From Eledone cirrhosa (Eukaryota), in contig OZ024763.1 of the NCBI GenBank assembly GCA_964016885.1, forward strand, positions 12,276,001 through 12,340,000: DNA of 64,000 nucleotides. Direction: 5' to 3'. The translations under genes and the position numbers were made by a program. Position 1 is the first letter of the stretch. Every line of letters begins with the position of its first letter. This document shows positions 56,842 through 64,000 of this stretch, piece by piece. Under the pieces are notes generated by a model. It worked only from the letters and a program-made list of their open reading frames with translations, was not told the origin of the DNA and ran no database searches.

Positions 56842-57199
56842 TATATACACATATACATACATATATACATGTACACATACACACATAAAAAAGCGGAAAC
56901 ATTAACAACCACAACAGCAGCAAGACAAACAACAACAACACTTCTTGGCTCTCCCTGTCCCCCCCCTCCCATGCCACAAACAGCTGCCATATTTGTTTAT
57001 ATGACACAGAAATGGTTTCATTCTTATTGCTGCCATTCTGTCTATATTGGCTATGGAGTGGTAATAATAATGGTATAGGCAGTGGTATAACAGTGGTCTG
57101 TAGTGGTGTGGTGGTACTATGTGGGGTATTATGGTAGGGTGTGTTAGTGTGATGGTATGTAATGGATGTAGTGGAGTGGTATAACAGTGGTGTAGTGGT

Positions 57200-60100
57200 G
57201 TTGGGGTAGTGTGATGGTATGTGATGGTAGTGTTGGTGTGATGGTATGTGATGGTAGTGTTGGTGGTATGTAATGGTAGTGTTGGTGGTATGTAATGGTA
57301 GTGTGATGGTATGTGATGGTAGTGTGATGGTAGTGTTGGTGGTTTTGTGATGGTAGTGTTGGTGTGATGGTATGTGATGGTAGTGTTGGTGGTATGTAAT
57401 GGTAGTGTGATGGTATGTGATGGTAGTGTGATGGTATGTGATGGTATTATGGTAGTGTTGGTGGTAGTGTGATGGTATGTAATGGTAGTGTTTGTGGTAG
57501 TGTGATGGTATGTAATGGTAGTGTTGGTGGTAGTGTGATGGTATTATGGTAGTGTTGGTGGTAGTGTGATGGTATTATGGTAGTGTTGGTGGAAGTGTGA
57601 TGGTATGTAATGGTAGTGTGATGGTATGTAATGGTAGTGTTGGTGGTAGTGTGATGGTATTATGGTAGTGTTGGTGGTAGTGTGATGGTATTATGGTAGT
57701 GTTGGTGGTAGTGTGATGGTATTATGGTAGTGTTGGTGGTAGTGTGATGGTATTATGGTAGTGTTGGTGGTAGTGTGATGGTATTATGGTAGTGTTGGTG
57801 GTAGTGTGATGGTATGTAATGGTAGTGTTGGTGGTAGTGTGATGGTATTATGGTAGTGTTGGTGGTAGTGTGATGGTATTATGGTAGTGTTGGTGGTAGT
57901 GTGATGGTATTATGGTAGTGTTGGTGGTAGTGTGATGGTATTATGGTAGTGTTGGTGGTAGTGTGATGGTAGTGTTGGTGGTAGTGTGATGGTATGTAAT
58001 GGTAGTGTTGGTGGTAGTGTGATGGTATTATGGTAGTGTTGGTGGTAGTGTGATGGTATTATGGTAGTGTTGGTGGTAGTGTGATGGTATTATGGTAGTG
58101 TTGGTGGTAGTGTGATGGTATTATGGTAGTGTTGGTGGTAGTGTGATGGTATTATGGTAGTGTTGGTGGTAGTGTGATGGTATTATGGTAGTGTTGGTGG
58201 TAGTGTGATGGTATTATGGTAGTGTTGGTGGTAGTGTGATGGTATTATGGTAGTGTTGGTGGTAGTGTGATGGTATTATGGTAGTGTTGGTGGTAGTGTG
58301 ATGGTATTATGGTAGTGTTGGTGGTAGTGTGATGGTATTATGGTAGTGTTGGTGGTAGTGTGATGGTATGTAATGGTAGTGTTGGTGGTAGTGTGATGGT
58401 ATGTAATGGTAGTGTTGGTGGTAGTGTGATGGTATTATGGTAGTGTTGGTGGTAGTGTGATGGTATTATGGTAGTGTTGGTGGTAGTGTGATGGTATTAT
58501 GGTAGTGTTGGTGGTAGTGTGATGGTATGTAATGGTAGTGTTGGTGGTAGTGTGATGGTATTATGGTAGTGTTGGTGGTAGTGTGATGGTATTATGGTAG
58601 TGTTGGTGGTAGTGTGATGGTATTATGGTAGTGTTGGTGGTATTATGGTAGTGTTGGTGGTAGTGTGATGGTATGTAATGGTAGTGTTGGTGGTAGTGTG
58701 ATGGTATTATGGTAGTGTTGGTGGTAGTGTGATGGTATTATGGTAGTGTTGGTGGTAGTGTGATGGTATTATGGTAGTGTTGGTGGTAGTGTGATGGTAT
58801 TATGGTAGTGTTGGTGGTAGTGTGATGGTATTATGGTAGTGTTGGTGGTAGTGTGATGGTATTATGGTAGTGTTGGTGGTAGTGTGATGGTATTATGGTA
58901 GTGTTGGTGGTAGTGTGATGGTATTATGGTAGTGTTGGTGGTAGTGTGATGGTATTATGGTAGTGTTGGTGGTAGTGTGATGGTATTATGGTAGTGTTGG
59001 TGGTAGTGTGATGGTATTATGGTAGTGTTGGTGGTAGTGTGATGGTATTATGGTAGTGTTGGTGGTAGTGTGATGGTATTATGGTAGTGTTGGTGGTAGT
59101 GTGATGGTATTATGGTAGTGTTGGTGGTAGTGTGATGGTATTATGGTAGTGTTGGTGGTAGTGTGATGGTATGTAATGGTAGTGTTGGTGGTAGTGTGAT
59201 GGTATTATGGTAGTGTTGGTGGTAGTGTGATGGTATTATGGTAGTGTTGGTGGTAGTGTGATGGTATTATGGTAGTGTTGGTGGTAGTGTGATGGTATTA
59301 TGGTAGTGTTGGTGGTAGTGTGATGGTATTATGGTAGTGTTGGTGGTAGTGTGATGGTATTATGGTAGTGTTGGTGGTAGTGTGATGGTATTATGGTAGT
59401 GTTGGTGGTAGTGTGATGGTATTATGGTAGTGTTGGTGGTAGTGTGATGGTATTATGGTAGTGTTGGTGGTAGTGTGATGGTATTATGGTAGTGTTGGTG
59501 GTAGTGTGATGGTATTATGGTAGTGTTGGTGGTAGTGTGATGGTATTATGGTAGTGTTGGTGGTAGTGTGATGGTATTATGGTAGTGTTGGTGGTAGTGT
59601 GATGGTATAATGGTAGTGTTGGTGGTAGTGTGATGGTATTATGGTAGTGTTGGTGGTAGTGTGATGGTATTATGGTAGTGTTGGTGGTAGTATGATGGTA
59701 TTATGGTAGTGTTGGTGGTAGTGTGATGGTATAATGGTAGTGTTGGTGGTAGTATGATGGTATGTAATGGTAGTGTTGGTGGTAGTGTGATGGTATTATG
59801 GTAGTGTTGGTGGTAGTGTGATGGTATTATGGTAGTGTTGGTGGTAGTGTGATGGTATTATGGTAGTGTTGGTGGTAGTGTGATGGTATTATGGTAGTGT
59901 TGGTGGTAGTGTGATGGTATTATGGTAGTGTTGGTGGTAGTGTGATGGTATTATGGTAGTGTTGGTGGTAGTGTGATGGTATTATGGTAGTGTTGGTGGT
60001 AGTGTGATGGTATGTAATGGTAGTGTTGGTGGTAGTGTGATGGTATTATGGTAGTGTTGGTGGTAGTGTGATGGTATTATGGTAGTGTTGGTGGTAGTGT

Positions 60101-60710
60101 GATGGTATTATGGTAGTGTTGGTGGTAGTGTGATGGTATTATGGTAGTGTTGGTGGTAGTGTGATGGTATAATGGTAGTGTTGGTGGTAGTGTGATGGTA
60201 TTATGGTAGTGTTGGTGGTAGTGTGATGGTATTATGGTAGTGTTGGTGGTAGTATGATGGTATTATGGTAGTGTTGGTGGTAGTGTGATGGTATAATGGT
60301 AGTGTTGGTGGTAGTATGATGGTATGTAATGGTAGTGTTGGTGGTAGTGTGATGGTATTATGGTAGTGTTGGTGGTAGTGTGATGGTATTATGGTAGTGT
60401 TGGTGGTAGTGTGATGGTATTATGGTAGTGTTGGTGGTAGTGTGATGGTATTATGGTAGTGTTGGTGGTAGTGTGATGGTATTATGGTAGTGTTGGTGGT
60501 AGTGTGATGGTATTATGGTAGTGTTGGTGGTAGTGTGATGGTATTATGGTAGTGTTGGTGGTAGTGTGATGGTATGTAATGGTAGTGTTGGTGGTAGTGT
60601 GATGGTATTATGGTAGTGTTGGTGGTAGTGTGATGGTATTATGGTAGTGTTGGTGGTAGTGTGATGGTATTATGGTAGTGTTGGTGGTAGTGTGATGGTA
60701 TAATGGTAGT
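57200..60710. repeat. 31-bp minisatellite ggtattatggtagtgttggtggtagtgtgat (~105 copies)
   Basis: Highly homogeneous; 32-bp tatgtaat variant interspersed. Confidence 0.97.
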
Positions 60711-60875
60711 TAACAGCACCAACAACACTAGATTTAATATATACCAAATATATATACATACCTTAGCATACATATACACATTCATTGAGTTATATACACC
60801 GTCCAGTCTATATGTATACTGTAGCTAATATACATATATATATATTTATATATATATATGACCCTCCCAAAGTAT

Positions 60876-60934
<59 letters not shown>

Positions 60935-61143
60935 CATCATCATCATCATCATCGTTTAACGTCCACTTTCCACGCTAGCATGGGTACATATATATATACA
61001 CACATATATATATATATATATGTGTATATATATATATATATGTATATATATATGTGTGTATATATATATATATGTGTGTATATATATATATATGTATATA
61101 TATATATACACATATATATGTATATATATATACATATATATGC

Positions 61144-61180
<37 letters not shown>

Positions 61181-61231
61181 TATATATATACATATACATA
61201 TATATATATACATATATATATATATACACAC

Positions 61232-61345
<114 letters not shown>

Positions 61346-61725
61346 ATATAAATATATGTGTGTCTATATATGTATATGCAGTGAATGGTGTTGATGTTGT
61401 AGTAGATGTACATTGGCAGCTGCAGTGACAGCCGTGGTTACTTAGCAACGAAGGTTGTCGCTACTGTACACGTGAGAGAGGGGGGGGGTGAGCATCACTG
61501 CATTTCACTCTACCTCACACCACCACCACCACTGCCACCTCTAGTGTGTGTACCACCTACCCCAATAACATACACACACACACACACACACACTGACGGA
61601 TGTGTGTGTGTATAAATATATATATATTTGAATATGTATGTGTGCGTGTGTATATACCTGTATATATGTATATATTTGTGTGTGTATATATATGTATATA
61701 TACGCACATATATATATATATATAT

Positions 61726-62088
61726 TGTTATACTTTGGTAGGGTCATGTTGCCAATAAGAAACACACGCACCAGTTGCTTTCACTTCAATTTATTATAAA
61801 TTTATAAATTTCTGGTTGGTTGGTTGGTTCCACAACCAGATAGTTGTTTATATATAGTCATAGTTCTTTCGTCACACACTCTGTGACCTCTTCAGTGACT
61901 GGGGATTCCTTTCTTTGTTTCTGTGCCTCTCCTTTCTTCTGTCCTACGCCATTTTGTTTCTTTGTGTGTGTTGTGTGCTCAGTCTGCGCATGCGCCACAT
62001 CCGGGTGTCTGTGTGTGTTTATGTTCATTTATTTATTTGTTTATTTACATGTTACTTATTGGCAACATGACCCTCCCAAAGTATAACA
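61726..62088. mobile_element. Ginger-like (TGT...ACA) non-autonomous element
   Basis: ~34-bp TIRs TGTTATACTTTGGkAGGGTCATGTTGCCAATAAG; ATAT on both sides; orphan TIR at 60858-60879. Confidence 0.7.
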
Positions 62089-62159
62089 ATATCGGTTTCA
62101 ACACACGATTTCAGATAAAGAATCTTGCTAAACAAATTCAGAAACGAAATATATATATA

Positions 62160-62395
62160 TAGTTATGTAATAAACAACATAAGATAATTAATTCATTTAC
62201 CAGTGGTTTCTTGAAGACAGATATATCTGTCTTCAGTCGTCATAACGAAAACGACTGAAGACAGATATATCTGCCTTCAAGAAACCACTGGTAAATGAAT
62301 TAATTATCTTATGTTGTTTATTACATAACTAAAAAGCTCTGTAGCCTACATAGAGCACTCTCTTTTCCTTTGCCTTTCCTACGGAAATACTTCAT
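62160..62395. mobile_element. Fold-back element: 81-bp arms plus a unique right tail
   Basis: Arms 62160-62240 and 62251-62331 with 1 mismatch; tail 62332-62395 also seen at 4965-5025. Confidence 0.85.
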
Positions 62396-62835
62396 TTATA
62401 TATATTTGAATGTGTATGTATGTATATATGTGTGTATATATGCATATAAATATATATATTTGAATATATATGTATGTATGTATATGTATATATAAGCATA
62501 TAAATATATATATATTTGAATATGTATGTATATGTATATATAAGCATATAAATATATATATATGAATATGTATGTATATGTATATATAAGCATATAAATA
62601 TATATATTTGAATATGTATGTATATATGTATATATTTGAATATGTATGTATATGTACATATATGCATATAAATATATATATATGAATATGTGTATATATA
62701 TGCGTGCGTGTGCATATACATATATATATATGTGTATATTTGTGTATGTATGTGTATATATATACGCACACACACATATATATCGATATAAATATATATA
62801 TTTGCATATGTTTATGTACACAAGCACATACATAT

Positions 62836-62883
<48 letters not shown>

Positions 62884-62977
62884 ATAAGACTGCACTATAA
62901 TCCGCCTCCATTCCCACACCTGCGTACTTTGTATACATGTTTGTGTATGCATATATTATACACTCTACCCCTATCGT

Positions 62978-63045
<68 letters not shown>

Positions 63046-63264
63046 GCCCTTTTTGTACCCTTTACGTAATCTAGCTTCCTTCTTAACCTCGCACACACAA
63101 ACACACAGCCCTTTGGTGAGACTTCCATTACCAGTGATGGAGGCGTGTAGTAGCTACCAACACTACACTACACCTCTAGTGCAGCATGGGAGCATACAGC
63201 ATCTATTGTCTGCATTTGTTATTCAACAATGCACAATTGGCGCATGTGGCTTCATCAGCGGGTC

Positions 63265-63358
<94 letters not shown>

Positions 63359-63360
<2 letters not shown>

Positions 63361-63638
63361 CAAAGGAATTGTGGTAAGGAACCAGATGGACCATAACGTA
63401 CCAGAGTACTCAATACTTAGGGTAGTAGAGTGGGAAATAGCAAAAAGTATGACCCCGACGGCAGAGCTCAAGCCGTTTCGACGGCTATTTCAGTCTATTT
63501 GAGTCCTGAAATAGCCGTCGAAACGGCTTGAGCTCTGCCGTCGGGGTCATACTTTTTGCTATTTCCCACTCTACTACCCTAAGTATTGAGTACTCTGGTA
63601 CGTTATGGTCCATCTGGTTCCTTACCACAATTCCTTTG

Positions 63639-63640
<2 letters not shown>
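63359..63640. mobile_element. Perfect 135-bp-arm palindrome in (TA)n
   Basis: Arms 63359-63493 and 63506-63640 are exact reverse complements; 12-nt spacer. Confidence 0.92.
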
Positions 63641-63676
<36 letters not shown>

Positions 63677-64000
63677 ACATCAAACAATTACAGGGGATAA
63701 TTTGTAAAGAGTCTACACACACAGTTATGGAGGTAACATATTGAAATTTAACGATAACCTTGAATATAGATACCTGGCAATAATGATTAATCTCCTTTGT
63801 ATATATTCCATTGAAGAAATATATCTCACCATTGTGTCCCCTCTTTCTCTCTCTTCATTCCCCCCCCCCTTTTTTTTCCTTTCTTTCTCTCACTCTCTCT
63901 CTCTCTCTCTCTATCTCGCTCTTTCTCTCTATATCTCTCTTTCTCTGCAATAAGTCAGTCGTGCTCCAACCTGCAGTTCAACCCTTTAGCAATTACACTA

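Overview
Non-bacterial, extremely repeat-rich eukaryotic DNA. The SINE repertoire and the (TA)n/(CA)n/(CAC)n density suggest an octopod cephalopod (inference from memory of these families, not a database result). Nearly all ORFs in the track are translations of simple repeats. Supportable content: (i) a few short + strand exon candidates of one large-intron gene, including 36-nt and 24-nt phase 0-0 microexons; (ii) RTE-clade LINE fragments and several SINE families, some carrying RTE 3' tails; (iii) non-autonomous DNA transposons (Tc1/mariner, piggyBac-like, Ginger-like, Tc2/pogo-like); (iv) many minisatellites, several demonstrably born from mobile-element segments. The most interesting signal is a dispersed family with a minimal type I hammerhead ribozyme (two intact and two decayed copies, one apparently permuted). 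Fold-back palindromes with copy-specific arm identity sit in (TA)n tracts and may be related Penelope-type termini.
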